A DNA stretch of 64,000 bases from Cenarchaeum sp. (lineage in GTDB: Archaea; Thermoproteota; Nitrososphaeria; Nitrososphaerales; Nitrosopumilaceae): positions 32,001 through 96,000 of the forward strand of contig OZ242221.1 in NCBI GenBank assembly GCA_965206845.1, written 5' to 3'. The notes below the pieces were generated by a model. It was not told the DNA's origin. It made no database searches and was given only the letters and a program-made list of their open reading frames with translations. The number at the start of each line of letters is the position of its first letter. Position 1 is the first letter of the stretch. Position numbers and translations under genes: made by a program. Below are positions 18,317-29,413 of this stretch, piece by piece.

Positions 18317-19549
18317 GGCTGTGTCCTACAGATATAGATCATCTCTAAATAGCAGGGTATATTGATCGGCGGATCGCGGCCCCGCCAATGACAGATGGAA
18401 GACGCGATCAGCGACCATTCAATATTGTCCAGCAGTACCTGCCGGGCCTGATACTGAGCACCATATTGAACACCGTCAAGGAGATGGGTGACCCCTACCA
18501 AGCCAGACCTGGACTGGGCGGCATGACCGCCTACCCGCCAAAGGCCATGGCCGTTGTCTGCATCATGCGTGGAGGCAGAGATGAAGACCTACAGGAAGAT
18601 GGTGGGCTACCTCAGAATGCACCCGGATCTTGTCAGCAGGATCGGGCTGTCCGGGATACCCTCCAAGAGCACCATATGGCGCGCCTACGGCCTGATCCCC
18701 GAGTCGTACCTGCGCGAGGTTCACCTGAGGATCACAGGCGACATCGTGGCCGGTTCGCTGGCCGGGGACAGCACCGGCTACTCAGGCAACCGGTTCGTCC
18801 GCTGGTTCAGCATCCGCCACAGCCAGGCCAAGACCAAGCGCGGGTGGATCAAGCTTCACAGCATCATCGATATCGCGACCAGAGCCATCCTGGACTATCA
18901 CGTCACCGACGGATACACCTCCGACATCACCGGCATGTGGCCCATGTTGGACCGGCTTGCGGACGGGAACGGCAACTTTTGCCTGGACTCGGCCTACCTG
19001 GCCAGACTGATATGCGACGCGATAGCCGGCATGGGCATGACGCCCCGCATCCTGCCCAAATCCAACACGACCTGCAAGAACGGCGGCAGCCAGGCCTGGG
19101 GCGAGATGACCCGGACCCACAGGGACGACCTTGACAGGTTCATGGCAGAGTACCACCAGCGCAGCATAATCGAGGCCGTCTTTGGGGCAATCAAGAAGAT
19201 GTACGGGAACCACCTCCGGGGCAGGAGGCTCGTCCGGCAGAACCGAGAGGTTGCAATCCGGATCATTTGTTACAACATAGAGGTAGTCGCGCGATCGCAC
19301 GTAAAAAGCGGCAGGCTCACGCACGAGTCGCTCACTGCAATGGCTGCATAGCCGGCGCGGAGACACCCGCGCCGCCCGTAGGGGAACCTGCGCACCATCC
19401 CTTGGATCGGATAGGATTTTACAGTTTCGGACAGCGTTTGAAGCCGGAGATGTGGGAAAAATACCGCAATCCCAAGAATTCGAAGAATACCCGTATTGGC
19501 GACGCGACGACGGCGGATGATTGTGGGGTTATGTCCCTAGGACACAGCC
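18317..19549 (+). mobile_element. IS5-family insertion sequence
   Basis: 12-bp TIRs ggctgtgtccta / taggacacagcc; 9-bp flanks atcttatac (18308-18316) / atcttacac (19550-19558). Confidence 0.8.
18388..19351 (+). pseudogene. IS5-family DDE transposase, frameshifted near 18568
   Basis: PSKSTIWRA, LAGDSTG, GWIKLH, LDSAY, YHQRSIIEAVF; N-terminus (to AVVCIM) is in a different frame from the remainder. Confidence 0.85.
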
Positions 19550-19597
19550 ATCTTACACGCAATACTTATTACGTTCTGAATTGGAAAACTAGCAAGT

Positions 19598-22498
19598 ATG
19601 CGTTTAATCCAGTATGGTGTCATCGCAGCTCTTGCAGCGTGTGTCATGGGATCTAGTGCATACGCACAGGATACGGAAATGACTGGGAACCTTGAGGGCA
19701 CTGTCCGGATAGGCGCGCTGGTTCCGGTTTCGGGCGATGCCTCGGCGCACGGCACAGAAATCAAGATTACGATAGATCTCGCAGAGTCTGACTTTAACGA
19801 CTATCTTGCAGAGAACGGAGTAAACTGGAGGCTTGATATAGTGGTCGAGGATACCGCAAGCAGTCCAGTAATCGCTCTTGATAAAGTATCTGGCCTCAAG
19901 GCGAAGGGCATCACTGCCATTGTGGGAACGTACTCTAGCTCGGAGTTGCGAAACATCAAGGGATATACGGAACCCAACGACATGCTCCTGCTCAGCTATG
20001 GTTCTACCGCCCCGTCCCTTTCACTCGCGGGGGACAACATATTCCGGTTTGTTCCGGATGAGACAAAGCAGGCCCCGGCAATTGTGCAATACCTGACTGG
20101 GATCGGGGTTACAAACCTGGTTCCAATATGGAGAGGCGACGCTTGGGGCGACGGATTTATTGATGCCGTGAGATCGGAGATGACTGCGGCAGGCGGTGCC
20201 ACGGGCGAGGGAGTGCGGTACCATCCGGAGGCCCTTGAGTTTTCCACCGAGATCGCCATACTGGCGGATCAAGTCAAGCCCCTCATAGATGAGGTCGGCG
20301 CAGACAAAGTCGCAATCATGGTAGTAACGTTCTCAGAGGTCACGCCCATCATGCAGACTGCATCACAGTACGAGTCTCTCTCCCAAGTGCTTTGGCTCGG
20401 TACCGACACGATCGTAAATGACGGGGAGTTCTCAGGCGACGCAATTGCCCAAGAGTTCGTGAATAAGGCAGGATTGGTTGTAACGAGCTATGCCCCGGCA
20501 TCGACCACGATATCCGAGGAAATAAGTGAGCGGGCAATGGAGATCACCGGTCAGGCTCCAAACATATACGCGATAACCGCATACGATGTAGTATGGGCTC
20601 TTGGGCTGTCGATTCTGGCTGCAGACTCTACAGAGACAGATGCGATTGTATCTGCCATGCCCGGCGTGCTGGAGGACTATTCTGGGGGGCTTGGCTCGAT
20701 CGTCCTAAACGATGCCGGCGATATGGGTGTGGCCGTATACAATATATTCACAGTGAGGGACTCGCAGTGGACCTTGATCGGATCCTATGACTCGGCAACG
20801 GATTCCCTTGTGCTTGAAGATGCCATGATGGACGATAAAATGATGAAGGACAAACTGTCCGGGGAGATCCGCCTTGGCTTGATCACGCCGCTCTCGGGCG
20901 ACGTGGCCCAGTACGGGGAGGAGAACCTGGCGGCAACAAACCTTGCCGTAGATGACTTTAACAAGTACCTTGCCGACAAGGATGCCGGCTGGTCAATTGA
21001 ACTTACGATAGAGGACTCGCAGACGCTTCCCACGGCAGCGCTGGAGAAGATCCAGTCGCTGCGCGCCAAGGGCATAAGCATAGTGCTCGGGCCCTGGTCC
21101 AGCGCGTCCCTGCAGAACGTAAAGGGGTACGCCGACTCCAACGAGATGCTGCTGTTCAGCTGCTGCTCCACATCACCGCTCATTGCCATCTCCGGGGACT
21201 CCGTCTTTAGGATGTCACCGGACGACTCCAACCAGGGTACCGCAATAAGCAAGCTCTTCGATGACGCCGGAATCGAGGTCATGGTGCCGGTGTGGCGCGA
21301 GGACGCATGGGGAACCGGACTCCAGGACGCCTCACGGCTGTCATTTGAGTCCCGGGGCGGCATAGTCGACGATGGCTTGGGCTACAACCCGGAGGTCAGC
21401 GAGTTCTCAGTCGAGGCCTCAATCCTGGCAGACACCGTGCAGGGATATGTTAATGATCACGGCGCCGACAAGGTGGGCGTGCTGTACGTCGGGTTCGGCG
21501 AGGTGCTTCTGTTCATGCAGGCCGCATCAGACTACGAGGTGCTCGGCGACGTAAGGTGGTTCGGCAGCGACGCCAACACAAAGGAGTCAAAGCTGGTGGA
21601 GGACTCCATCGGACTCGGGTTTGTGACTGACACAATGTACACCACCGTGCAGGTGGCATCAGGCAAGAACGATCTCAGCCAGTATGTCGACAGCTCCCTG
21701 AATGAGAGCATCGGACGGATACCAAGCACCTACGCAAGCTCCGCATACGACATGATGTGGCTGATGGGACTGACTATAGAGAGGGAGCAGAGCACCGATG
21801 TTGCGGTGCTGACCGCGGCGATACCCGAGGTTGCAGAGGAGTATGTTGGGGCCTTGGGCTCCTCGCGCCTCAATGACGCAGGCGACCTGGCCCAGACAAA
21901 CTACGACGTCTGGGACATAAGGGACGGCTCATGGACGCTGGCCGGGACGTACTTTTCGGCCACCGACACGATCGCGCTAGAGGGTGCCATGATGGACGAT
22001 GCCATGAAGGACGACGAGATGATGGACGATGCCATGAAGGACGACGAGATGATGGACGATGCCATGAAGGACGACGAGATGATGGATGACGAGACTGACG
22101 AAGCCACGCCTTCCGGCGGCGGATGCTTGATTGCGACTGCCGCATACGGCAGTGAGCTTGCCCCGCAGGTCCAGTTCCTGCGTGAGATCAGGGACAACAC
22201 GTTGCTCTCCACCGCCTCTGGGACATCATTCATGACGGGCTTCAACCAGTTCTACTACTCGTTCTCCCCTGCTGTTGCAGACCTTGAGCGCGAGAACGCC
22301 GTATTCAGGGATGCCGTGAGGGTGGCGATAACTCCTGCACTGTACACGCTGAACATAATGACGCTTGCAGACCAGAACTCTGACAGCTCGGTTCTCGCAT
22401 TTGGGCTCCTCGCAATTGCCGCCATGGCGGGCATTTACATAGCCGGCCCACTCCTAGCGACACGCGCCATTGTCAGAAAAATCAAGACGGCCAGATAA
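19598..22498 (+). CDS. tandem type-1 (LivJ-like) solute-binding protein with CFI-box-CTERM
   Basis: Signal peptide, two homologous PBP1 domains (RIGALVPVSGD / RLGLITPLSGD), Met/Asp linker, GGGCLIATAAYGSELAPQVQFLRE, C-terminal TM helix. Confidence 0.9.
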   Translation: MRLIQYGVIAALAACVMGSSAYAQDTEMTGNLEGTVRIGALVPVSGDASAHGTEIKITIDLAESDFNDYLAENGVNWRLDIVVEDTASSPVIALDKVSGLKAKGITAIVGTYSSSELRNIKGYTEPNDMLLLSYGSTAPSLSLAGDNIFRFVPDETKQAPAIVQYLTGIGVTNLVPIWRGDAWGDGFIDAVRSEMTAAGGATGEGVRYHPEALEFSTEIAILADQVKPLIDEVGADKVAIMVVTFSEVTPIMQTASQYESLSQVLWLGTDTIVNDGEFSGDAIAQEFVNKAGLVVTSYAPASTTISEEISERAMEITGQAPNIYAITAYDVVWALGLSILAADSTETDAIVSAMPGVLEDYSGGLGSIVLNDAGDMGVAVYNIFTVRDSQWTLIGSYDSATDSLVLEDAMMDDKMMKDKLSGEIRLGLITPLSGDVAQYGEENLAATNLAVDDFNKYLADKDAGWSIELTIEDSQTLPTAALEKIQSLRAKGISIVLGPWSSASLQNVKGYADSNEMLLFSCCSTSPLIAISGDSVFRMSPDDSNQGTAISKLFDDAGIEVMVPVWREDAWGTGLQDASRLSFESRGGIVDDGLGYNPEVSEFSVEASILADTVQGYVNDHGADKVGVLYVGFGEVLLFMQAASDYEVLGDVRWFGSDANTKESKLVEDSIGLGFVTDTMYTTVQVASGKNDLSQYVDSSLNESIGRIPSTYASSAYDMMWLMGLTIEREQSTDVAVLTAAIPEVAEEYVGALGSSRLNDAGDLAQTNYDVWDIRDGSWTLAGTYFSATDTIALEGAMMDDAMKDDEMMDDAMKDDEMMDDAMKDDEMMDDETDEATPSGGGCLIATAAYGSELAPQVQFLREIRDNTLLSTASGTSFMTGFNQFYYSFSPAVADLERENAVFRDAVRVAITPALYTLNIMTLADQNSDSSVLAFGLLAIAAMAGIYIAGPLLATRAIVRKIKTAR
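21989..22090 (+). repeat. 30-bp tandem repeat x3 (MMDDAMKDDE)
   Basis: atgatggacgatgccatgaaggacgacgag repeated exactly three times plus a partial copy. Confidence 0.95.
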
Positions 22499-22798
22499 GG
22501 ATCAGCCACCTGTACACTCTGACAGACGTTGGTAACAGAGGATTCTGGCTCTTCAGGCAACCGCTGACGGGGAAGGATATTTGTCGCGGTTGCTGGTCTG
22601 TCTGATGAGGCGCCAGATGACACCCGCTAGGATGGCAACAGCATGATCGGGCTGTCGGCAGATAGCTGCAAACACCACGACGGTAGCGTAAGGTGGACAA
22701 AAAAGAATGTGTCTTTGATTCCCTACGGGTGGAGGCGAGTCGCGCAGTCAAGTACGGCCCACTAAACCCAAATATACAATGGGATTGTCCACTCGAAT

Positions 22799-23335
22799 AT
22801 GACAGGTACCTTTGAGCGGCCCACCTGGGATGAGTACTTTATGCTACAATCGGAGCTGGCAAAGATGCGCTCTAACTGCATAGTGAGAAAGGTGGGCGCC
22901 GTGATAGTCAGAGACAACCGCCAGCTGGCAGCGGGCTACAACGGTACGCCGCCGGGAATCAAGAACTGTTACGAAGGCGGATGCGGGCGGTGCATGGATC
23001 GGGTCGAGGGGAGGCTCAAGTCCGGCGAGGACTTGGCGCGTTGTCTCTGCAACCACGCCGAATCCAACGCGATACTGCATTGCGCAATTCTTGGGATCGA
23101 GGCAGGCATCAAGGGCGCTACGCTGTACACGACGATGGCTCCGTGTCGCGAGTGCACAAAGATGGCAGTAACAATCGGCATCAAAAGATTCGCCTTTATG
23201 GGCAGATACGTTGAAGACGATCTGGGTCTGGCAAAAGCAGCGCAGGTCAAGATGGTACAGATAGACAGCAGCAGAATTGCATACTGGGCAAAGAAGATGT
23301 CAGATTGGGGCTACATGATGGAGCACGGACGATAG
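22799..23335 (+). CDS. dCMP deaminase family protein
   Basis: RPTWDEYF, VGAVIV, GYNG, HAESNA, PCREC. Confidence 0.9.
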   Translation: MTGTFERPTWDEYFMLQSELAKMRSNCIVRKVGAVIVRDNRQLAAGYNGTPPGIKNCYEGGCGRCMDRVEGRLKSGEDLARCLCNHAESNAILHCAILGIEAGIKGATLYTTMAPCRECTKMAVTIGIKRFAFMGRYVEDDLGLAKAAQVKMVQIDSSRIAYWAKKMSDWGYMMEHGR

Positions 23336-23339
23336 CATC

Positions 23340-25898
23340 ATGCAGTCCGAAGCCCAATCCTTTGGGAACACATTCTTGATGCCGCCGTCTATGCTGGTCT
23401 CGGCAACCTACAACGGCAAAAAGCAGCTGGTCACGCTAAAATTTTACGAGCCAGAGTCCCAGAAGATAATTCTCTGGGATGATAGGACGGGACACAAGCC
23501 GTACTGCTACACAAAGCTGCCCAAAGAGGAGCTTGGCTTCCTGGATGGGAGGGCCGACATTCTGGATATCAGGAGTACAAAGCGGCATGACATGATGACA
23601 GACTCGGACATCGTGGTCTCAAAGATCATAGCAGACAATCCGCTTGCCATAGGCGGAACCCAGTCTGACCAGAGTGTCAGAAACATCACTACGACCTGGG
23701 AGTCAGACATCAAGTATTATGAGAGCTACCTATACGACATGGGCCTCATAGTGGGCAGATACTACGAGATAGCAGACGGGCAGATACGCCATGTGGATAT
23801 GGATATCTCCGAAGAGGTAAAGCTGGCCTTGAAGAGCCTGCTGTGGGACAGGATATCGAGCGACAACATAGTCGATGCGGCAGAGTTCCAGGAGTACATT
23901 GCAGGCTGGGCAGATCTGCTCAACCAGCCCATCCCACAAGTTCGGCGGGTTGCCTTCGACATCGAAGTCGAGGCAGAGACAGGCAGAATTCCAGATCCTA
24001 GGGACGCAGAGAAGACTGTAACTGCCGTGAGCTTTGCAGGAAGCGACGGGCTCAAGCAGGTGTTTGTACTCAAGAGGGACGGCGTAGATGTGGGCACCAG
24101 TGAGATGCCTGATGGCGTAAAGGTCGTCTTTTATGAGACCCATCAGGAGAAGAAGATGATCGAGGATTCCTTTGGAGTGATCGCGTCCTACCCGTTTGTT
24201 CTGACGTACAACGGTGACGACTTTGACATGCCGTACCTGTACAACCGCGCAAAAAGGCTGAACATAAACGATCTCGCAAATCCGCTGCATATGATGCGGA
24301 ACTCTGCCACGCTCAGGCATGGCGTACACATCGACCTGTACAGGGCCCTCTCAAACAGATCCCTTCAGATATACGCGTTTAGCAACAAGTACAAGGACTA
24401 CTCGCTGAACAGCGTCTCAGAGGCGCTGCTGGGAGAAGGGAAGATCGACTATGGTGTAAGCCTAGGCGAGCTCAGCCTGTACCAGACGGCGCGCTACTGC
24501 TTTCATGATGCGCTGCTGACCTACAGGCTGACCAGCTTTAACAGCGACATTCTGATGAACCTGCTGGTGGTAATCGCCCGCATAGCCAGGATGCCGGTAG
24601 ACGACATAGCCCGAGTCGGCGTGTCGCAGTGGATCCGCAGCCTGCTGTACTACGAGCACCGCCAGCGCAATGCGCTGATCCCAACGCGCGACGAGCTGAA
24701 GACCAGGACCGCCGGCGTACAAAACACCTCAGTAATCAAGGACAAAAAGTACCGGGGCGGACTGGTCGTAGAGCCCAAGGAGGGCATCCACTTTGACGTC
24801 ACGGTAATGGACTTTGCCAGCCTGTACCCGAGCATAATCAAGGTAAAGAACCTCTCGTATGAGACTGTACGGTGCCCTCACCGGGAGTGCGAGCACAACA
24901 AAATACCAGATACCAACCACTGGGTCTGCACAAAGAAGAACGGAATGGAGTCCCTGATCATCGGCTCCCTGAGGGATCTGCGCGTAAACTATTACAAAAG
25001 CCTCTCCCGCAGCGAGAACCTCACCGCAGAGCAGAGGGAGCAGTATGTGGTTGTAAGCCAGGCGCTCAAGGTCATACTCAATGCCAGCTACGGCGTCATG
25101 GGCGCGGAGATATTCCCACTGTACTTTCTTCCCGCGGCCGAAGCCACCACGGCAACCGGGAGATACATCATCATGCAGACCATAGAAAAGTGCGAGGCGG
25201 CAGGTATAGAGGTGCTGTACGGCGACACCGACTCACTCTTCACCAAGAACCCCACATCCAGACAGATTCAAAACGTGATTGATGGCGCAAAGAAGGACCA
25301 CGGCGTCGAGTTGGAGGTGGACAAGGAGTACAGGTATGTGGTGTTGAGCAACAGAAAGAAGAACTACCTGGGTGTCACAAAGAATGGCGATGTGCACATC
25401 AAGGGCCTTACAGGAAAGAAGTCTCACACGCCGCCGTTTATCAGGACCCTCTTCTACGAGCTTTTGGATGTGCTGTCCGAGGTTGAGAATGTGGACGGGT
25501 TTGAGCGCTCCAAGATCAAGATTAGTAAAAAGATCGCCCATTGGGCCACAAGACTACAGGAGAGAGACATCCCGCTAGAGGAGCTGGCCTTTAACGTGAT
25601 GCTGAGCAAGCCGCCGTCAGAGTACACAAAGGCTACCCCGCAGCACATCAAGGCTGCAAGGTTGCTGGAGGGAAGGAAGGAGATAAAGAAGGGCGACATC
25701 ATATCCTACGTGAAGGTTTTAGGTAAGCTGGGCGTCAAGCCGGTGGAGCTGGCAAGGGTTGACGAGATTGACGCAAACAAGTACCTGGAGTTTTTAGAGT
25801 CAACCATGGATCAGATTACGTCTTCCATGGGACTGGATTTTGACTCGATCGTGGGAAAGCCAAAGCAGACCGGCTTGGAAGATTTCTTCTGGGGATAG
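23340..25898 (+). CDS. polB: family B DNA polymerase
   Basis: Exo FDIEV, YNGDDFD; Pol DFASLYPS, KVILNASYG, YGDTDS, KKNY. Confidence 0.97.
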   Translation: MQSEAQSFGNTFLMPPSMLVSATYNGKKQLVTLKFYEPESQKIILWDDRTGHKPYCYTKLPKEELGFLDGRADILDIRSTKRHDMMTDSDIVVSKIIADNPLAIGGTQSDQSVRNITTTWESDIKYYESYLYDMGLIVGRYYEIADGQIRHVDMDISEEVKLALKSLLWDRISSDNIVDAAEFQEYIAGWADLLNQPIPQVRRVAFDIEVEAETGRIPDPRDAEKTVTAVSFAGSDGLKQVFVLKRDGVDVGTSEMPDGVKVVFYETHQEKKMIEDSFGVIASYPFVLTYNGDDFDMPYLYNRAKRLNINDLANPLHMMRNSATLRHGVHIDLYRALSNRSLQIYAFSNKYKDYSLNSVSEALLGEGKIDYGVSLGELSLYQTARYCFHDALLTYRLTSFNSDILMNLLVVIARIARMPVDDIARVGVSQWIRSLLYYEHRQRNALIPTRDELKTRTAGVQNTSVIKDKKYRGGLVVEPKEGIHFDVTVMDFASLYPSIIKVKNLSYETVRCPHRECEHNKIPDTNHWVCTKKNGMESLIIGSLRDLRVNYYKSLSRSENLTAEQREQYVVVSQALKVILNASYGVMGAEIFPLYFLPAAEATTATGRYIIMQTIEKCEAAGIEVLYGDTDSLFTKNPTSRQIQNVIDGAKKDHGVELEVDKEYRYVVLSNRKKNYLGVTKNGDVHIKGLTGKKSHTPPFIRTLFYELLDVLSEVENVDGFERSKIKISKKIAHWATRLQERDIPLEELAFNVMLSKPPSEYTKATPQHIKAARLLEGRKEIKKGDIISYVKVLGKLGVKPVELARVDEIDANKYLEFLESTMDQITSSMGLDFDSIVGKPKQTGLEDFFWG

Positions 25899-26025
25899 GC
25901 GCCAATGCGGCCTGCTTGCTGCGCAAAACCAGGGTCTGCCAGCATCCTGGTGTTGTGTGCATATTGGGCGCCCCCTGGCGGACACGTGTCTTAACATTTA
26001 TTGAACTTACCAGCGACTGACTCGT

Positions 26026-26319
26026 ATGATCTCAGATGATATGTTCATAGCGCTGGGAATTGCTGCGTCAGTCCTGATCCTTACCGGATGGGTCAGCCAG
26101 GTGATACACGGATACAGGGTAAAACACCTCCGGGATGTCTCCAGGTATTTGTTGGTTCTAGTCGGCATTGGTGCAATGCTCTGGACAATCTACGGAATAG
26201 TATTGTCTGATCCATATATCATAGGGACAAACACCACGGCGATAGTCCTGATGATCTTGGTCTATTTCATGAAACGGAGATATGACATAGCAGAATACCG
26301 GAGGTATCAGGGATGGTAG
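26026..26319 (+). CDS. SemiSWEET/MtN3-PQ-loop family small transporter
   Basis: Three TM helices, SQV, RDVS, LWTIYG, IIGTN. Confidence 0.75.
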   Translation: MISDDMFIALGIAASVLILTGWVSQVIHGYRVKHLRDVSRYLLVLVGIGAMLWTIYGIVLSDPYIIGTNTTAIVLMILVYFMKRRYDIAEYRRYQGW

Positions 26320-26718
26320 CCCTGTCTGGCCGGCAGGGACACCGCGCGGGCCTGACGACAATCTGCAGACATCTGGCGCATACTGGCCGAACCCCACATC
26401 GGAAAGTCCAGTCAATTTCACCAGAATGAGGGCAACAACAGAGTCAGGCATCACCATGCAGCCGAATCTGCAGTGCAGGTCTAGCTTCATAACGTCACGC
26501 GGCATAAGGCGGGCTCTGAGCAAGGCGCGCAACCTGCCAGATGAGCGGGCTGGGCCAAACAGGCTCGGCGCCACCTGTCGCATCCGCGCATTCTTTATCC
26601 CTGCAGGGAGACCGATGCATCATGTCCCGTCCACTTCAACAAGATGTAAACCACTTTCTGGGCCAGCAAATTGAGGCAATAACTTAAAACACCCACAACC
26701 AATGCGGAAATTTGTAGA

Positions 26719-29373
26719 ATGAAGTCGGTATACTTTTTTGACAAGGGGGACGGTAAGAACAAGAAACTTCTGGGAGGAAAGGGAGCCGGCCTGTGTGAGA
26801 TGACGCAGCTGAACCTGCCGGTACCGCCGGGGTTTGTAATTACAACAGAAGTGTGCAAAATGTACTACAAGAACGGCAGAATCCTCCCGGACGATGTCAT
26901 GGTCCAGGTTCGGAAAAATATATCTAAGATCGAACGAAACACCGGAAAGCGGTGGAACTCCAAAAGCAACCCGCTGCTGGTCTCGGTGAGATCCGGCGCC
27001 GCAGTGTCTATGCCGGGGATGATGGACACCATACTCAATCTGGGACTAAATGATGACACGGTGAACGGGTTAGCAGAGAGGAGTGACAATGCCAGGTTCG
27101 CGTGGGACTCGTATCGGCGGTTTATCCAGCTGTTTGGAAAGGTTGTATTCGGCATAGACGATAAAAAATTTGATGATATCCTAAATGGTGCCAAGAAGGC
27201 GCAGGTTGTCCAATCGGACAGCGCGCTAAATGAAAAATCACTTCGCGGTGTAGTGCAGCGCTACAAGAAGCTCTGCCAAAAACACACCAAAAGGCCGTTT
27301 CCCGTAGACCCCTACGAGCAGCTGGAGCTGGCGATAAAGGCCGTCTTTGACAGCTGGATGGGAGACCGCGCCCTGGTATACCGAGAAAAGTACAGCATTA
27401 CAAGGAATATCGCCGACGGCACGGCGGTAAACATCGTCTCCATGGTCTTTGGAAACATGGGAAACGACAGCTCCACCGGTGTGGTGTTTACCAGAAATCC
27501 CGGTAACGGGGAGAAGCAGATCTTCGGCGACTACCTAGTCAACGCCCAAGGCGAGGATGTGGTTGCAGGTACTAGGACACCAAAGCCCGTCTCCACTATG
27601 AAGCAGGAGATGGCGCGGTCGTACGCACAGCTGGAGAAGACCTGCAGGAGTCTAGAGAGGCACTATCGCGAGCCCCAAGACATCGAGTTTACCATCGAGC
27701 AGGGCAGGTTCTACCTGCTACAGACGCGCAACGCAAAGATGAACGCCGCTGCAATGATCAAGACATCAGTGGACATGGTAAGGGAACGGCTGATTGGCAG
27801 GAACAGGGCACTGCAGAGGCTACAAGTGGAGCAGATGGAACAGCTGCTTCATAGAACTATCGACAACACAGCAGTAAAGAGCTTCTCCAGGTTTACCAGC
27901 GGCATCGCCGCCTCGCCGGGCGCCGCAGCTGGCATCGCCATCTTCAATGTGGGGCGTGCAGTCAAGGCAGGGGAGAGCGGAGCCCGGGTAGTACTGATCA
28001 GAGAGGAGACAAAGCCAGAAGATGTGCCTGCATTCTTTGCGTCTGCCGGAATCCTGACAAGCAGAGGCGGAAAGACATCCCACGCAGCAGTGGTTGCCAG
28101 AGGCATGGGGAAGCCGTGCATCGTTGGTGCATCAGACATGAAGATAGACTATAGCGCGGGAAGTTGCACGGTAGCAGATCACACCATTGTGGAGGGCGAC
28201 AAAATCACAATAGACGGGAGCAACGGTACGGTGTACTTGGATCACGTGCCCACCGTCGAACCCAAAATCACAGATGACTTTAGGCTGGTTCTTGACTGGG
28301 CCCAGAAAGCAAAGAAGATCGGCGTTCGCGCAAACGCCGACACACCACAGGCAGCGGTTCTGGCAAGAAAATACGGCGCGCAGGGAATCGGCCTCTGCCG
28401 GACGGAGAGGATGTTCAACGCTGCTGACAGAATCGGCCTGTTTGTCGAGATGATAATGTCAGACACCACAGAGAAGAGAAAGCGGATTCTAAAGAAGCTG
28501 GGCAGGCTGCAGCGGAGTGACTTTGTCGAGATTCTAAAGGTCATGGAGGGGTATCCGGTCACTATCCGGTTGCTGGATCCGCCACTTCACGAGTTCCTGC
28601 CCGATCCACAGGAGCTCACCGAGAGGCTGCACGGCATGGCCGGAGCCGAGTCGTCTGCTGAGGCAAAGAAGATCAAGTCCGTGCTTGAGCGCGCCCGAGA
28701 TCTGGCGGAGATAAATCCCATGATGGGGCACCGTGGCGTCCGCTTGGGCGTTACATACCCGGAGATGTACGAGATGCAGATTCAGGCAGTCTTTGAGGCA
28801 GCAGCCGAGCTGTCAGGGGCAGGAGTTGATGCGCGCCCACAGATTATGATACCCCAGGTAAGCAGCGTCAGGGAGCTGAACTATGTAAAATCCATCTATG
28901 ACAATGTCAGGGAACAGATGCAGAAGAAGCACGGCGCCAAGTTTAGCATCAGCTTTGGCACCATGGTCGAGGTCGTCCGGGCAGCCCTTGTGGCCGACGA
29001 GCTGGCAGATACAGCAGAGTTCTTCAGCTTTGGAACGAACGACCTCACCCAAGCCACGTTCAGTTTCAGCAGGGAGGACGCCGAGGGCAAATTCCTGCCC
29101 GAGTACCTGGACATGGAGCTGCTAGATGTGAGCCCCTTTCAGTCAGTTGACGTAAACGGCGTCGGCAGCCTTATGAAGATCGGGATTGCCGGCGGCAGGC
29201 AGATAAAGCCAAACCTGGAGGTGGGCATCTGCGGCGAACACGGAGGGGATCCTGCATCCATCAGGTTCTTTCACAAGATAGGCCTCAGCTACGTCAGCGC
29301 CTCACCGCACCGCATACCAATTGCCGTAATATCCGCGGCCCAGGCTGCTCTGGAAGACGCGTCCGCACAGTAA
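26719..29373 (+). CDS. ppdK: pyruvate, phosphate dikinase
   Basis: LLGGKGA, VSVRSGA.VSMPGMMDT, GGKTSHAAV, GLCRTE, FGTNDLTQ, ICGEHGGDP. Confidence 0.97.
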   Translation: MKSVYFFDKGDGKNKKLLGGKGAGLCEMTQLNLPVPPGFVITTEVCKMYYKNGRILPDDVMVQVRKNISKIERNTGKRWNSKSNPLLVSVRSGAAVSMPGMMDTILNLGLNDDTVNGLAERSDNARFAWDSYRRFIQLFGKVVFGIDDKKFDDILNGAKKAQVVQSDSALNEKSLRGVVQRYKKLCQKHTKRPFPVDPYEQLELAIKAVFDSWMGDRALVYREKYSITRNIADGTAVNIVSMVFGNMGNDSSTGVVFTRNPGNGEKQIFGDYLVNAQGEDVVAGTRTPKPVSTMKQEMARSYAQLEKTCRSLERHYREPQDIEFTIEQGRFYLLQTRNAKMNAAAMIKTSVDMVRERLIGRNRALQRLQVEQMEQLLHRTIDNTAVKSFSRFTSGIAASPGAAAGIAIFNVGRAVKAGESGARVVLIREETKPEDVPAFFASAGILTSRGGKTSHAAVVARGMGKPCIVGASDMKIDYSAGSCTVADHTIVEGDKITIDGSNGTVYLDHVPTVEPKITDDFRLVLDWAQKAKKIGVRANADTPQAAVLARKYGAQGIGLCRTERMFNAADRIGLFVEMIMSDTTEKRKRILKKLGRLQRSDFVEILKVMEGYPVTIRLLDPPLHEFLPDPQELTERLHGMAGAESSAEAKKIKSVLERARDLAEINPMMGHRGVRLGVTYPEMYEMQIQAVFEAAAELSGAGVDARPQIMIPQVSSVRELNYVKSIYDNVREQMQKKHGAKFSISFGTMVEVVRAALVADELADTAEFFSFGTNDLTQATFSFSREDAEGKFLPEYLDMELLDVSPFQSVDVNGVGSLMKIGIAGGRQIKPNLEVGICGEHGGDPASIRFFHKIGLSYVSASPHRIPIAVISAAQAALEDASAQ

Positions 29374-29413
29374 ACCGCCAGACAATTAAGGATCCAACGC
29401 ACCACATATCGTA

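Noticed and set aside
22602-22630. ctgatgag as a hammerhead ribozyme core
   Set aside because: No downstream GAAA or required stems seen.
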